Made by a program: the position numbers and the translations under genes. A DNA stretch of 64,000 bases from Polyangiales bacterium (lineage in GTDB: Bacteria; Myxococcota_A; Polyangia; Polyangiales; Houyiibacteriaceae), in the NCBI GenBank assembly GCA_045106895.1, contig JBGCFM010000046.1:32001-96000 (forward strand). Direction: 5' to 3'. How positions within the stretch are numbered: position 1 is the stretch's first letter; every line of letters starts with the position of its first letter. Under the pieces are notes generated by a model. It searched no databases and was not told the origin of the DNA. It saw nothing but the letters and a program-made list of their open reading frames with translations. Of this stretch, positions 47,215 through 57,698 are shown piece after piece.

Positions 47215-48710
47215 CAGAACACCGGGGAAGAGTTGCGGTAGGGCGCGTCATTGGCCATGGGGAAGTGCATCTCTCGGTCTGCAGAAGCCGGGAAGCCTTC
47301 TTCGCGGTTCAGCACGTTTCCGCTGGCGACTCCGGCGACGTTTCGCAGCTTGTAGTGCTCGCGCCCGGTGCGGTTGATGCGGTTGTCTTCGAGGCGCGTG
47401 CAGGCGAGACGAAACCCGAGGATGAGACCCTCGTTGAGCGTATTGTTGGAGACGAAGTAGCGCATATTGTGAGCCATATGGATGCCGCAGTCGTGCATCG
47501 TGTTGCCCGCGATGTAGTTCCCAATCGGGTTCTCGCGGGTCGCTCCGTCTCGGCCGGTGTAACCGAGGATTCCCCAGAAGCCGTTCACGGTTCGCATCGA
47601 CATGCGAATCGTGTTGTTGAGGATGACGTTGTCCGTTTCTTTCCAGATGATGATGGGGCCATCGACTTGTTCCTCGAGATCACAGGCGATGGCCGGGTCG
47701 TACGTGCCGTTTTCATCGACCTGGCACTGGGTCATCGTGTTCTCTTCGATCCAGAGGTTCCGACCTGACGAAGTCACGACGTCCCCGCCCGCGTTGTGGT
47801 GGAAGTTGTTCTGGAAGATGAGGATATCCCTATCGCTTCGGCCTGCGCCCTCTACGTCCACGCCGAACTGCGGCGAGGTGCCTTCGATGTGATGAATGTG
47901 GTTGTTCTCGATGACCACGTTGTGACCGCCGACGACTGAAACGCCTTGGCGCCGGTTGTGGTGAATGTGCGCGTTGCGAATCGTGACGTGCGTGGAGGGA
48001 ACGTCCTCCGTGCCCTCTTCTTCGTTTCCGCGCCGGCCCACGATGAGCACGCCATCGCCGGTGAGCTCGTGGAGCTCGATGTCCTCGATGAGCACTCGCT
48101 CCACGGAAGTCCAAGCGCAGATCCCGTGGCCTTCGTCGTGGGCGCTCCCGCTTGAGTAATCGTGCGCGTCACGGTCGCCAAGGATCTCGCCGCCGCGGAT
48201 GGTGACGTCGCTGTTGCCATCGACGTTGATGACGCAGTAGTTGTGCCGGTCGTTCGCCATCATCTCCACCACCGCGCCATCCGCGAGCTCAAAGGTCATG
48301 TTCCCTTGGAGGTCGATGCCCGCGGCGTAGATGTCGTTCGTCAGTTCGCCGACGAGGTAGCGTCCCGCCGGGAGGATGATCTTGTCGAAGTCGTTCTCCG
48401 TCGCCCAGACGATGGACTCGTTGATGCGCGTCCGAGTCTCGATGGGGTCACCGCGCTCGTTCGAGATGTTCCAGCGCTCCAGCTCGATGACGTACTCGCG
48501 CTCGTGAACCGGCGGTAGGTCGGCACTGGGCCGCTCGCCGGCTTCCCAGGCGCACTCTCCATCGCCGGGAACAGGCACCACCGCAGAGGCGTCGCTGCTC
48601 GCTGCGTCGGAGGGGGTCGCACCGTCCAAACCGCCCGCGTCGAATGGCGTCTCGCCGTCGCCGCAGTCGCAGGCAACGAGCAGAACCAGAACCAGAAACC
48701 TTGGGGACAT
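47211..48710 (-). CDS. Right-handed parallel beta-helix lipoprotein (glycanase/pectin-lyase-like fold)
   Basis: Lipobox LVAC; LPAGRYLV, GDRDAH, TGDG, NRRQGVS and PQFGVDVE. Confidence 0.82.
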   Translation of the reverse strand: MSPRFLVLVLLVACDCGDGETPFDAGGLDGATPSDAASSDASAVVPVPGDGECAWEAGERPSADLPPVHEREYVIELERWNISNERGDPIETRTRINESIVWATENDFDKIILPAGRYLVGELTNDIYAAGIDLQGNMTFELADGAVVEMMANDRHNYCVINVDGNSDVTIRGGEILGDRDAHDYSSGSAHDEGHGICAWTSVERVLIEDIELHELTGDGVLIVGRRGNEEEGTEDVPSTHVTIRNAHIHHNRRQGVSVVGGHNVVIENNHIHHIEGTSPQFGVDVEGAGRSDRDILIFQNNFHHNAGGDVVTSSGRNLWIEENTMTQCQVDENGTYDPAIACDLEEQVDGPIIIWKETDNVILNNTIRMSMRTVNGFWGILGYTGRDGATRENPIGNYIAGNTMHDCGIHMAHNMRYFVSNNTLNEGLILGFRLACTRLEDNRINRTGREHYKLRNVAGVASGNVLNREEGFPASADREMHFPMANDAPYRNSSPVFW

Positions 48711-48792
48711 GAGGTAAAAATATCATGCGCCCGATAGTGCGGCCAAGGGCTCATATGGACCCAGCTTGGGTGATAAATGCTCGAAATGTGCG

Positions 48793-49098
48793 CTATTCGC
48801 CGAGGAGCGCGCGAGAATCGTCGTCGCCGATTTCCTTGGAGTGGGAGCCAACCTTGACCACAAAGCGGTGCCCGCCTTCCGGCGCCAGGGCGTCGACGAT
48901 GGCGCGAACGGTCGCAAGCTTCTCGGAAAAGCCCGGTAGACCATTTTGGAGCGTCGTGATGTAGACGGGGGCTGCCTCTGCGAGTGCCGCTTTGAGTTGG
49001 CCAAGGGGCATGCCGCCAATTCCACGTATCATTTTGAGGCAAGCGATGCTGGAGACAGGGGAGGCTGGGCTCACCCGCAGCTCCCATGGTTCGCCCAT
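48793..49098 (-). CDS. Hypothetical protein
   Basis: About 100 aa with plausible composition, directly downstream of the DUF4419 gene. Confidence 0.45.
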   Translation of the reverse strand: MGEPWELRVSPASPVSSIACLKMIRGIGGMPLGQLKAALAEAAPVYITTLQNGLPGFSEKLATVRAIVDALAPEGGHRFVVKVGSHSKEIGDDDSRALLGE

Positions 49099-49112
49099 TT
49101 GCCAAAGCCCGC

Positions 49113-50195
49113 TCAACGGGTGCCGGGCACCGAGAGTAGATCGCTCAGCGTACGATTGGCGGACTTCTCTTTCATCCACTCGCCGAGGAGTCGCACCGCC
49201 GGAAGCTCGACGCCGGGGCCTGCGTCCAGAGCGAGGTTCAAGAGCGCCGTGAGACTCTCCGCGACGATGGGCAGCTCTTCGAGATTCCCGCGCAGCTTGC
49301 GCATGCTCCATTTCTTTCCTTTGTCCTCGGAGAGCTTCGCCGCATCGCAGCGAACGAAGATGGGCGGAGAAGTGCACGAAACGGCGGCGAGGAAGTGCCC
49401 ATCCGGGAGGTCCGCGACAAGCTCGAGCATGTGACGGGTGTCCCCAGTCGACATGCCGATATGGTCTCGCGCGTCCGGGCTACGGAAGGTCCACTGGTCG
49501 GGCCCCTCGAAGAGCTCGAGCTTCGACGTTGCCTCGCTTAGCTGGATGAACTCCGCTGCTCCGTCTCCCAGTGGCTCGGCGGCGCCTTCGGGGGACTCCG
49601 CCGGAGCATGAAGCGTCACGCGAGGGTCGCGCTTCATGCGTTCGATGACGTCCTTTAGGGTGCCGCCGTCTCTGAGCCACCAGGCGCAGATGGGCGTCAG
49701 CGCGCCATCGTCGCCTTGCGCCACCGCGCGAACGCCGGCTTCCAAGACCACGGTTCGTTTCTCATCGAGCACCATGTCCGTGACCTGAATGCTCGCCCGC
49801 GATGGGCCACTTTGCACTTGGTCCGTTGAAATCCCAACCCCTCTATACCCACGCGTTCCGGGTCTCGTGACGCCGCTCGGGTCCTGGAGAGGCAGCTCGA
49901 GGAGCGGGTTGAGTTGGTCGCGAATGAGATACGGGTAGAGCCGTGCGATCCAGCCCGTGACCTTCGCGCCTCCGTAGGCGTCGACGGGTTTGTAGATTCG
50001 CTTCCAGAACGCGGGGTTAGCGTTGCCTTCGGCGGCGGCGACAAACTCATCGAAGATAGGCGCCAACGAGCGGGTCCAGAACCCGCACTCGAACTCGTCG
50101 AGGACGCCGATGCGCTGACGGATGCTCCGCCAGTCTTCGACGGTCCCGAGGAGCGTGATGCTCGGGATGCCGCAGATGCAGACCATGAAGTAGTC
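49113..50195 (-). pseudogene. 5'-truncated DUF4419 domain gene
   Basis: Begins at DYFMVCICGIPSITLLGTVEDW..FW..ITGW-like, which is normally mid-domain. The upstream sequence shows no DUF4419 N-terminal half. Confidence 0.65.
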
Positions 50196-50405
50196 CCATC
50201 GGCTTCAACATCGAGGTCCGATGGGAACGCGCCGACGGTGCCGGGTTCCACGGCGGGGGTGGGCCGCAACGTGAGGAGGTTCTCCGTGCCTTCCTCCGAT
50301 GTCAGGAGAAGAGACGACGAATCAAAGTCCGCGACGAAGGAGAGCGCCCGTCGCCCTGAGGATTTTTCGGCGGTGTTTTGTTGAGCGATCCGCTAGAGCG
50401 TTAGC

Positions 50406-52634
50406 GTGAACCCGGCGGACCCCGCAGCACGTATCGGTCAGGTGCTCGACCGCTACCGACTCGAAGGAGTCATCGGCGCCGGCGGGTTTGGTACCGTCTA
50501 CCGCGCGCGGCACACGGTCATGAACCGCGTCGTCGCACTCAAGCTGCTTCACGGCCGGCCCGACGAGGATCAACGCCAACGCTTTGTTCGGGAGGCGCAG
50601 GCCACCGCCGCCATTGAGCACCCGTCCATTGTGCAGGTGTTCGACTTCGGAACGACGGAAGACGGCGAGATGTTCCTCGCGATGGAACTCCTCGAGGGCG
50701 AAGAGCTGGAGCTGCGGCGTTTGCGGGCACCGTTGCCGCCCTACGAAGCTCTACGGATCATGTGCGAGGTGCTGGCGGCGCTCGCCCACGCACACCGCGC
50801 CGGCGTCGTGCATCGGGACCTCAAGCCAGCGAACATCTTCTTGACCGCGGGCGGCGTGAAGCTCCTCGACTTCGGAATCTCGATGGTGCGTGACGACGCG
50901 ACGGAGCGCATGACACGTACGGGCCTCGTGATGGGTACGCCTCTCTACATGGCCCCCGAGAGCTTTAGCGGGGTGCGGGAGGTGGACGAGCGCGTCGACG
51001 TGTATGCCGTCGCCGCAATGCTCTACGAGTTGCTCTCGGGCCAAAGCGTGTATGCCGCGGACAGCTACGAGCAGTTGGTGGTCAAGGTCGCAACGGAGCG
51101 AGCGACGCCGATGGCGCAAGTGGCGCCGGGAGCTCCCGCTGCCCTCGCCGCCGCCATCGACCGAGGGCTGGCTTCGCGGCCCGCCGATCGCTGGCCGAGC
51201 GCGGCGGCTTTTCGGGAGGCGCTCCTGCCCTTCGCCGGCGCCGATTCTAGCCACGAAGCCCACCCCGCGCCGGGCGCGGTGGCGCATTCGACCGCACAAG
51301 CGACATCGTCGCCCACGAAACCAGCGTGGCGACCGAGCGTGATCGCCGCAGGAGCCGTGGCGCTTCTCGGCGCGAGCTTTGTCGCTGCCGCTCTGCTGAT
51401 GGATTCCGGGACAAGCGGCACCGAGGCGGCCCAGGAGGAGAGTTCGGGCGGCCTCGGCGCGCCTTCGGGCCTCGCCGCAGGAGGCGCCATCGGTACCTGC
51501 GCAGCGCCTCTCGTTCTCCACCTCGGCGTTCCTCTCGCTGCGAACACGCGCGGCGGTGGGTCGACGTTGACGCCAAGCTGTGGTGACGAGGGCGCACCAG
51601 AGCAGGTACACGCCCTTCAGGTTCACACGCGCATGCAGGTGAGCGTCCGCGTCGAGGCGGGGTTCGACGCGGTCCTCTCGCTGACATCGGGCTGCGGTGC
51701 CGGCAACCGTGAACTCGCCTGCAACGACGACTACGCCTCGGAAATGAATCGCTCCCAGATTAGCGAACTGCTCGAGCCTGGGACCTACTTCTTGAGCGTG
51801 GATGGCTTCGGTGGCGAATCCGGTCCGTACACTATCGTGGCGAACGGGGTGGAGCCCAGTCAGGACGAACAGTGCACAGGCGCTCCCGCGCTCACTCCTG
51901 ATGTTGATGTTCATGGATCCACAGAAGGTCGGCCCAATGTGTTCGAGAGTACGTGCGTGTCCGAGCCGTCGGGCCCGGACATGGCCTACAGGTTCGATAT
52001 CGCGGAACCCTCACGCGTTCGACTTCGCCAACACGCCGAAGAAGACGGTGCCCTTCATCTGCGCCGGGACTGCGCGCGGGCACAGAGCGAGGTCGCGTGC
52101 AACGACGATCATGGCGACTCGTCTCGCTCCGTGATCACGGAGCACCTCGATGCCGGCGCCTACTGGGTTATTAGCGACGGTTTCGACGAAACGGACGGCG
52201 GCCCCTATACGCTCCGCGCCGAGGTCTTGGCGGACTCCGCACGAAGCGCCGTCGACGGTTGCGCTGCGCCGCAACACATGACCTCCACTTCGGCGCTTAC
52301 GGACACGTTTCATTCCGCCAACCAGACGCAAGGGAGTTGTGGCGGAGCCGGCGGCCCCGAGCAGGTCTTTGCTTTCGAGATGCAAACGCCGGGGCGTGTT
52401 CGCGTCGAGGTTCTGGAGAGCGAGTTTCGAGGCGTGTACTACATACGAAGCCGGTGCCAAGACTCGACGAGCGAGCTCTTCTGTGGAGGCTTCGCGAATG
52501 GCGTCGGCGTCGACGAAACGCAGGGAGAGCTCGCCGTGCATGAGCTCGCCGCTGGGGCCTATTTTCTCATCGTCGACGGGACGACCATCGGCGACTTTGG
52601 TGCCGCGAACGTGCATGTGATCCGCACCCGGTAG
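50406..52634 (+). CDS. Transmembrane Ser/Thr protein kinase with repeated extracellular PPC-like domains
   Basis: IGAGGFGTVY, VALK, HRDLKPANIF, DFG and GTPLYMAPE; one TM; three Cys-containing repeats (ACNDD..GTY..VDG). Confidence 0.93.
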   Translation: MNPADPAARIGQVLDRYRLEGVIGAGGFGTVYRARHTVMNRVVALKLLHGRPDEDQRQRFVREAQATAAIEHPSIVQVFDFGTTEDGEMFLAMELLEGEELELRRLRAPLPPYEALRIMCEVLAALAHAHRAGVVHRDLKPANIFLTAGGVKLLDFGISMVRDDATERMTRTGLVMGTPLYMAPESFSGVREVDERVDVYAVAAMLYELLSGQSVYAADSYEQLVVKVATERATPMAQVAPGAPAALAAAIDRGLASRPADRWPSAAAFREALLPFAGADSSHEAHPAPGAVAHSTAQATSSPTKPAWRPSVIAAGAVALLGASFVAAALLMDSGTSGTEAAQEESSGGLGAPSGLAAGGAIGTCAAPLVLHLGVPLAANTRGGGSTLTPSCGDEGAPEQVHALQVHTRMQVSVRVEAGFDAVLSLTSGCGAGNRELACNDDYASEMNRSQISELLEPGTYFLSVDGFGGESGPYTIVANGVEPSQDEQCTGAPALTPDVDVHGSTEGRPNVFESTCVSEPSGPDMAYRFDIAEPSRVRLRQHAEEDGALHLRRDCARAQSEVACNDDHGDSSRSVITEHLDAGAYWVISDGFDETDGGPYTLRAEVLADSARSAVDGCAAPQHMTSTSALTDTFHSANQTQGSCGGAGGPEQVFAFEMQTPGRVRVEVLESEFRGVYYIRSRCQDSTSELFCGGFANGVGVDETQGELAVHELAAGAYFLIVDGTTIGDFGAANVHVIRTR

Positions 52635-52655
52635 TCGTTCCGCTGGCTACGCGCT

Positions 52656-53504
52656 CTAAGACGCCTCGAGGTACGCCGCGAACTCACTCCAAAGGCGCTC
52701 GCTCGACGAACGAAATGCGCCAAAGTGACCGATAGACTTCAGGCCGACGCTCTCCGGAGTGATGTGGTGGAACTCTTTTGCCGCCGCGGCGTAAAAGTCA
52801 TGGAGCTTCTCAGCGGCGAGTCGCGGCGCCATGGGGTCGTCCGAGAACGCGACACATCGAAGGTCGCCGGCGTAGGTGTCGAAGCCGCTCTCAGGTCGGG
52901 TCTTCGCGAAGCCAAGTACGTATTCGGGATCACGCCCCCAGTCTCCCCACTGCATGGCGACGCGTTTCGGGATGTCGCTCCCCCCAAGGATCCACTTGGG
53001 GAGCTTTCCGAAGAGGGGCACGAGCAGGGGAGTGACGAAGAACCAAAGAGCGAGCATTTTGAGTCGAAAGCCACCGCTCCACCATCGCCAATACCCGGAC
53101 TGGCTGGCCACAAAGAGAGCACGCTCGATGGGGGAATCGGTGAGCAGGCCGAAGAGCTGTCCACCGACGCTGTGCGCGACGAGGGCACAAGGAAGGTCCG
53201 GGTAGCGCGCGTTGAGCGTGCTCTGCGCGACCCGCAGGTCTTGGTCCGCCCAGTCCGCGAGGGTGCAGGCGGCGCGGCTCGGGGATGCGCCGATGCCGGC
53301 ATAGTCGAAGGTCATCACAACATGGCCACGGCCAGCGAGGTAGCGCGCGAAGGCCTTGTAGAATGTCGCAGGGACGCCCATCGCCGGCGCGATGAGCACA
53401 CAGCGCTGCGCATCCCGCGGTACGAAGAGCGTTCCATGAAGCTCGACGTCGTCGGTGGGCAGAGTGAGTGTTTCTTCTTCGAAAGTCGACACCACGGAGG
53501 TCAT
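52656..53504 (-). CDS. Alpha/beta fold hydrolase
   Basis: PAMGV..FDYAGIG, AHSVGG, SDD and IGHFG. Confidence 0.88.
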   Translation of the reverse strand: MTSVVSTFEEETLTLPTDDVELHGTLFVPRDAQRCVLIAPAMGVPATFYKAFARYLAGRGHVVMTFDYAGIGASPSRAACTLADWADQDLRVAQSTLNARYPDLPCALVAHSVGGQLFGLLTDSPIERALFVASQSGYWRWWSGGFRLKMLALWFFVTPLLVPLFGKLPKWILGGSDIPKRVAMQWGDWGRDPEYVLGFAKTRPESGFDTYAGDLRCVAFSDDPMAPRLAAEKLHDFYAAAAKEFHHITPESVGLKSIGHFGAFRSSSERLWSEFAAYLEAS

Positions 53505-53567
53505 GCGGCATTCGAGCATGCGCGCAAGTTGCGAGCGTGCATCGCATGCCGAGGCTAAGGTCTCTCC

Positions 53568-54464
53568 GTGCGAATGAGAGCGATGATGACTCTGCTGTGT
53601 GCCGCCGCATGCGGTGAAGCGGCTTCGCCGGCGTCCGGGGCTTCTCCGAGCGCAGTGAACGCCGCGGTGTTGTCGACCACGATGGCGCTCTATCTTGTCG
53701 GAGGCGAAGACGACCCGGCGCTCTTTCGCCTCGGACTTGGCGCGCGACGGCATCAGGCGGAACTCGTGTCCGCCCTCGAGGACTTAGACCTGGATGAGAT
53801 GACTCGCACCCAGCGAATCGTGGTTCAGAACGATGTCTGGGGACTTCTTGAGCGCCTTGGCCCCGAGACCAGCGTGCTGTCGCGGGCGGCGCGCGCGGCG
53901 ATGGCACGACTTGCCCTCCCAGCGTCGTCCTTTACGGAGGCGGCGCGCACTTTACCGACACAACTCGATGGGTTCGCGGAGCGTGCGACGGAGCTGCCTT
54001 CGTTGCAGCATGAACGCGCCTACCATCTGCGGCGCCTTTTCGGTCTCGCGTTTCGCGCCGATGAACATATCGTCGAGCTTCCCAACACGCGCGCGATCTT
54101 CAGTCGTCTCGTCGTGGTGGATGACGCGGGCGCTCGACGCCTCACGCCGGTGGTTGGCGAGATCGAATGGTTACGTTTTGAAGGCGGTGAACTTCGCGAG
54201 GCACGTGTGTGGAAGATGAACCGCCGCCGTTTTGCCCTGGAAGAAGTGAGTGAGGTGCAGGTTGTTCCCGATCACGGCGCGGACTTTTTTGTCTTTGATT
54301 TCGGCGCGCCGACGGACCTCTCGGAGTTGCCTTGTCAGCGTTGTCATGACGAAGATGGACTGATGTCGCTACCGAGCTTGGCTCTCTCCCTCGACTGGCG
54401 CGATGAGACGTTGTTGAGAGACACGTTGGATGCTCCTTCTCCGAATCCCGGGAAAGCGCGCTAG
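53568..54464 (+). CDS. Hypothetical lipoprotein with C-terminal CxxCH
   Basis: Lipobox AAAC; CQRCH. Confidence 0.6.
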   Translation: MRMRAMMTLLCAAACGEAASPASGASPSAVNAAVLSTTMALYLVGGEDDPALFRLGLGARRHQAELVSALEDLDLDEMTRTQRIVVQNDVWGLLERLGPETSVLSRAARAAMARLALPASSFTEAARTLPTQLDGFAERATELPSLQHERAYHLRRLFGLAFRADEHIVELPNTRAIFSRLVVVDDAGARRLTPVVGEIEWLRFEGGELREARVWKMNRRRFALEEVSEVQVVPDHGADFFVFDFGAPTDLSELPCQRCHDEDGLMSLPSLALSLDWRDETLLRDTLDAPSPNPGKAR

Positions 54465-54473
54465 ACTCGGCTC

Positions 54474-55772
54474 ATGCCCCGGCGCCTCCCTCTCTTTGTT
54501 CTACTCCTGGCGTGCGGCGCCGAGGCCGCAGCTCCTGCGCCGGTCACCCGGCCAAATGAAGTCCAGCCCTTGGTCGAAACCTCGCCCACGGCGGTCGAGG
54601 CAGCGCCTCCGCCGCGGCTGCTGCCGACGGATCTGAACGGATCGAGCCAAGAGCTTGAGGCGGAGTTCGCCACCGGGAGCAACGCGCTCTCCTTTAGTCT
54701 CTTCGCGCATAGCCCGCGGGGCAACGTGGTGCTCGGAGGAGGCAGCGTCGCCATGGCCCTCGCCATGACCTGGGCGGGGGCTCGTGGCACGACGGCGGCG
54801 GAACTGGCTGCATGCGCTGGGTTTGGCCCCAACACACACGCCGCTGTCGCCGGTTTGCTGCAGGCGTACAACGAACCTTCGTCGCCGCTCTTCCTCGCCA
54901 ATCGCCTTTACATGGAAGAGACGTACAACTTTGAAGCGGAGTTCGGCGAACTGATGCGCGCCCGCTATGCCGCGCCTTTCGAGCCCGTCGACTTTCGCGG
55001 CGCGTCCGGGGCTGCGCGCACCACCATCAACGATTGGGTTGCGAGCCAGACCCGTGGACAGATTCGAGACCTACTCGCTCCACCGGCAGTGAGCGAAGCC
55101 ACGCGCCTTGTCCTCGTGAACGCTACCTACTTCTTGGGCAGGTGGGCGACGCCCTTCGACGCACGCCTCACCGCGGAACGAAGCTTCAGTGTGGCTGAAG
55201 GCAGTGAGACCGACGTGCCGATGATGATTCAGAACGCCGAGTTGGGACACGCCGAGATCGACGGCGTGCAGCTGGTGGAGCTTCCCTACGAGGGCGGGCG
55301 CTTCTCGATGGTCATCGTCGTTCCGAAGGCCCGCTTCGGTCTTCATGACGTGGAGATGCGCCTGTCCCCAGCCCAGTGGACGCGGTGGGTCGGCGCGCTC
55401 TCCTCAGGCCCGACGAGCTTGACGCTGCCGCGCTTCGAGGTGAGGCTCGCGCCCTCGATCTCGCTGGTCGACACGCTCCAAGAGCTCGGCGTCGAGTCTG
55501 CTTTCGATGAGCGCGCCGCCGACTTTCAGGGGATGGCGCAGCGCCTACCGAGCGGCGCTGGCCTCTTCGTCTCCGATGTACTTCACCAAGCGTTTGTTCG
55601 CGTGGATGAAGCGGGCACGGAAGCGGCGGCTGCCACCGCCGTGGTGATGGGGGACGGAGCTGCAGCCCCGGCGCCGCCCTTTGTGGTTCGAGCGGACCAG
55701 CCTTTTCTATTCTTCGTTCGCGATATCCGGAGTGGCCTCATCCTCTTCACCGGGCGTGTCGTCGCCCCCTGA
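54474..55772 (+). CDS. Serpin family lipoprotein
   Basis: Lipobox LLAC; INDWV..T.G.I, LVNATYFLGRW, hinge VDEAGTEAAAATA and ADQPFLF. Confidence 0.95.
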   Translation: MPRRLPLFVLLLACGAEAAAPAPVTRPNEVQPLVETSPTAVEAAPPPRLLPTDLNGSSQELEAEFATGSNALSFSLFAHSPRGNVVLGGGSVAMALAMTWAGARGTTAAELAACAGFGPNTHAAVAGLLQAYNEPSSPLFLANRLYMEETYNFEAEFGELMRARYAAPFEPVDFRGASGAARTTINDWVASQTRGQIRDLLAPPAVSEATRLVLVNATYFLGRWATPFDARLTAERSFSVAEGSETDVPMMIQNAELGHAEIDGVQLVELPYEGGRFSMVIVVPKARFGLHDVEMRLSPAQWTRWVGALSSGPTSLTLPRFEVRLAPSISLVDTLQELGVESAFDERAADFQGMAQRLPSGAGLFVSDVLHQAFVRVDEAGTEAAAATAVVMGDGAAAPAPPFVVRADQPFLFFVRDIRSGLILFTGRVVAP

Positions 55773-56258
55773 AAGGAGCTCGGCGACCTCGGAGAAGCGC
55801 TCATTCGGAATCGTGAGCGCCAAGTTGTAGTGCACGACGTGCCAACGTCCGTCCGCATTCCGGCGGAGGACGCCGCTTCCGCGGGCTGGGCCGAGGGCGT
55901 TCGTCGCGAGGTCCTCATCGAACCAGGCGAGGGAGCCGGTCGCGTCGAACATGATCTCGCGCCGAGTCGCGCGGAAGGCCCAGGCCCGGCCTTGGGCAAA
56001 GAACGGGTGGGCGTACGCCTGAAACTCGGCCTTCGTCCAACGCTCCGTGGCGTCCGTGCCCATGAAGATGGAATCGTCGCTGTAGCAGGCGAAGTACGTC
56101 TCCTCATCCGCGTCCGCGGCGGCCTGGTGCATTCGGTCGAGGACACTCGCAACGGCGGCGGGCTCTGGTTCGAGCGTTGGCGAGACGGGGTAGTTTGGCG
56201 ACGCCTCAGGTGTGGTCGCGCAGGCAACGAGGGCGAGCAAGGAGAGGATTCGCGGCAT
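55707..56258 (-). CDS. SnoaL-like/NTF2 family lipoprotein
   Basis: Lipobox LVAC; FMGTDATERW, AWFDE, RGSGVL and HYNLALTIPN. Confidence 0.85.
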   Translation of the reverse strand: MPRILSLLALVACATTPEASPNYPVSPTLEPEPAAVASVLDRMHQAAADADEETYFACYSDDSIFMGTDATERWTKAEFQAYAHPFFAQGRAWAFRATRREIMFDATGSLAWFDEDLATNALGPARGSGVLRRNADGRWHVVHYNLALTIPNERFSEVAELLSGGDDTPGEEDEATPDIANEE

Positions 56259-56294
56259 GCGGCGACGGTATCAGACTCGCCCAAGCATCGCGCT

Positions 56295-57698
56295 CTACAA
56301 CGCCCCGCCTGCGCTTTGCAGTCGCGCTTCTCGTTCTTTGAGCAGGGCCCAGGCGACGGCGAGCCAGACCAAGGCGAGGACGGCACTGACGGCGGCGAAG
56401 GTCCTCAGGCCGAGCTCCGCATAGCCGATGAGACCCGCCACAAGGATGGCGCTGCCGACGTCGCCCATGCGGATGAAGAAAGTATCGACGGCCTGCTTCG
56501 CGCGATACTTCATGTCCTTGGTAGTGGGCAGCCAGAGCATATTTCGAAGCGTGTTGTTCAGCGAGTAGTCGAGGGAGTTTTCGACGGTTTTGCCGATGCG
56601 TAAGATCACCAACGCAGGAATCACGGACATCATGGTGGCGTCGAGGAAGGCGATGACCGGCAGGATGAGAAACGCGACGCGAAAGCCAAAGGACTTCACG
56701 AGGCGAGAGACCACGAAGAGTTGTAGCAGGGCGCCGGCGATGTTTACGTAGAGGTAGAACTCACTGAACTGAGCCGAGATGAAGTCGGCCAGTCCCATGC
56801 CGGCGGGTAGCTCGCCGCGTTCGGCGGTGTCTTCGGCGAAGGCTTTGATGTACTTGCCAAGAAGGTACTCGCCGTTGCTGTTCACGATGGTGAAGACTAA
56901 CGAGAACACGGCGATAAGGGTCAGGTAGCGGTGGCGAAAAACCAGTGCGAAGGCTCCGTCTCTCGAGGGGGGCTCGACCTTTGCGCTCTCTTGTGCGTCT
57001 TGTGGGAGGGTGGCATCGACTGAGCCTTCTGATTCCTCGGCGAGCGTTCGTGCTTCTTCTCGCTTGTGCACGACTTGAACAACTCCCGCGACGCCGAGGA
57101 GAAAAAGCGCCGAAAGGAGCAACATGAAATACACGCCCACGGATTCGGCAAAGCCGACGCCGGCGAGGGAGCCCACGGCGGAGCCAAAGGATGCGCCAAC
57201 GCCGACGAGGGGGAAGAGTCTTCTCCCTTGCTCTTCCGTGTAGAGGTCGGCGGCAAAGGCCCAGGCCTGAGCGACGACCATCATGTTGAAGATGCCCACC
57301 CATACCGTGAAGACGAGGCCGATCCACTCGCGCGCGGCAGGAACGAGGCTGAGCCCGTAGAAAAGGACGAGGTTGGAGGCGAAGAAGAGCGTGACGCCTA
57401 CGACAAGCCTATTCCGCGGAACCTTCTGAGCGAAACGGCTGTAGGCCGGGACGGCGAAGAGGAGGGCGATGGCGATGACGCCGCCCATGTAACTCTTGTA
57501 CTCCGGTCCCGATGGCATCGCGACGATGAGGGCGTCGCGGACGGGCTTGATGAGGTAGTAGGCGAGGAGCAGCAGGAAGACGTTGAGGCAGAGCAGCAGA
57601 GCGGTGATGCCTTCGCCGGCGCGGACCTCTGTGACGAGTCCCAGGGCGCGTTCCAGCGTTGAGCGCTCATCGGCGCCGTGCTGCTGTGCGGAGCTCAT
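56295..57698 (-). CDS. NTT/TLC family nucleotide (ATP/ADP) translocase
   Basis: AYYLIKPVRDAL, WAFAADLY..QGRRLF, K..ENSLDYSLN..LWLP..KYRAK..D..R.GD; about 12 TM. Confidence 0.9.
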   Translation of the reverse strand: MSSAQQHGADERSTLERALGLVTEVRAGEGITALLLCLNVFLLLLAYYLIKPVRDALIVAMPSGPEYKSYMGGVIAIALLFAVPAYSRFAQKVPRNRLVVGVTLFFASNLVLFYGLSLVPAAREWIGLVFTVWVGIFNMMVVAQAWAFAADLYTEEQGRRLFPLVGVGASFGSAVGSLAGVGFAESVGVYFMLLLSALFLLGVAGVVQVVHKREEARTLAEESEGSVDATLPQDAQESAKVEPPSRDGAFALVFRHRYLTLIAVFSLVFTIVNSNGEYLLGKYIKAFAEDTAERGELPAGMGLADFISAQFSEFYLYVNIAGALLQLFVVSRLVKSFGFRVAFLILPVIAFLDATMMSVIPALVILRIGKTVENSLDYSLNNTLRNMLWLPTTKDMKYRAKQAVDTFFIRMGDVGSAILVAGLIGYAELGLRTFAAVSAVLALVWLAVAWALLKEREARLQSAGGAL

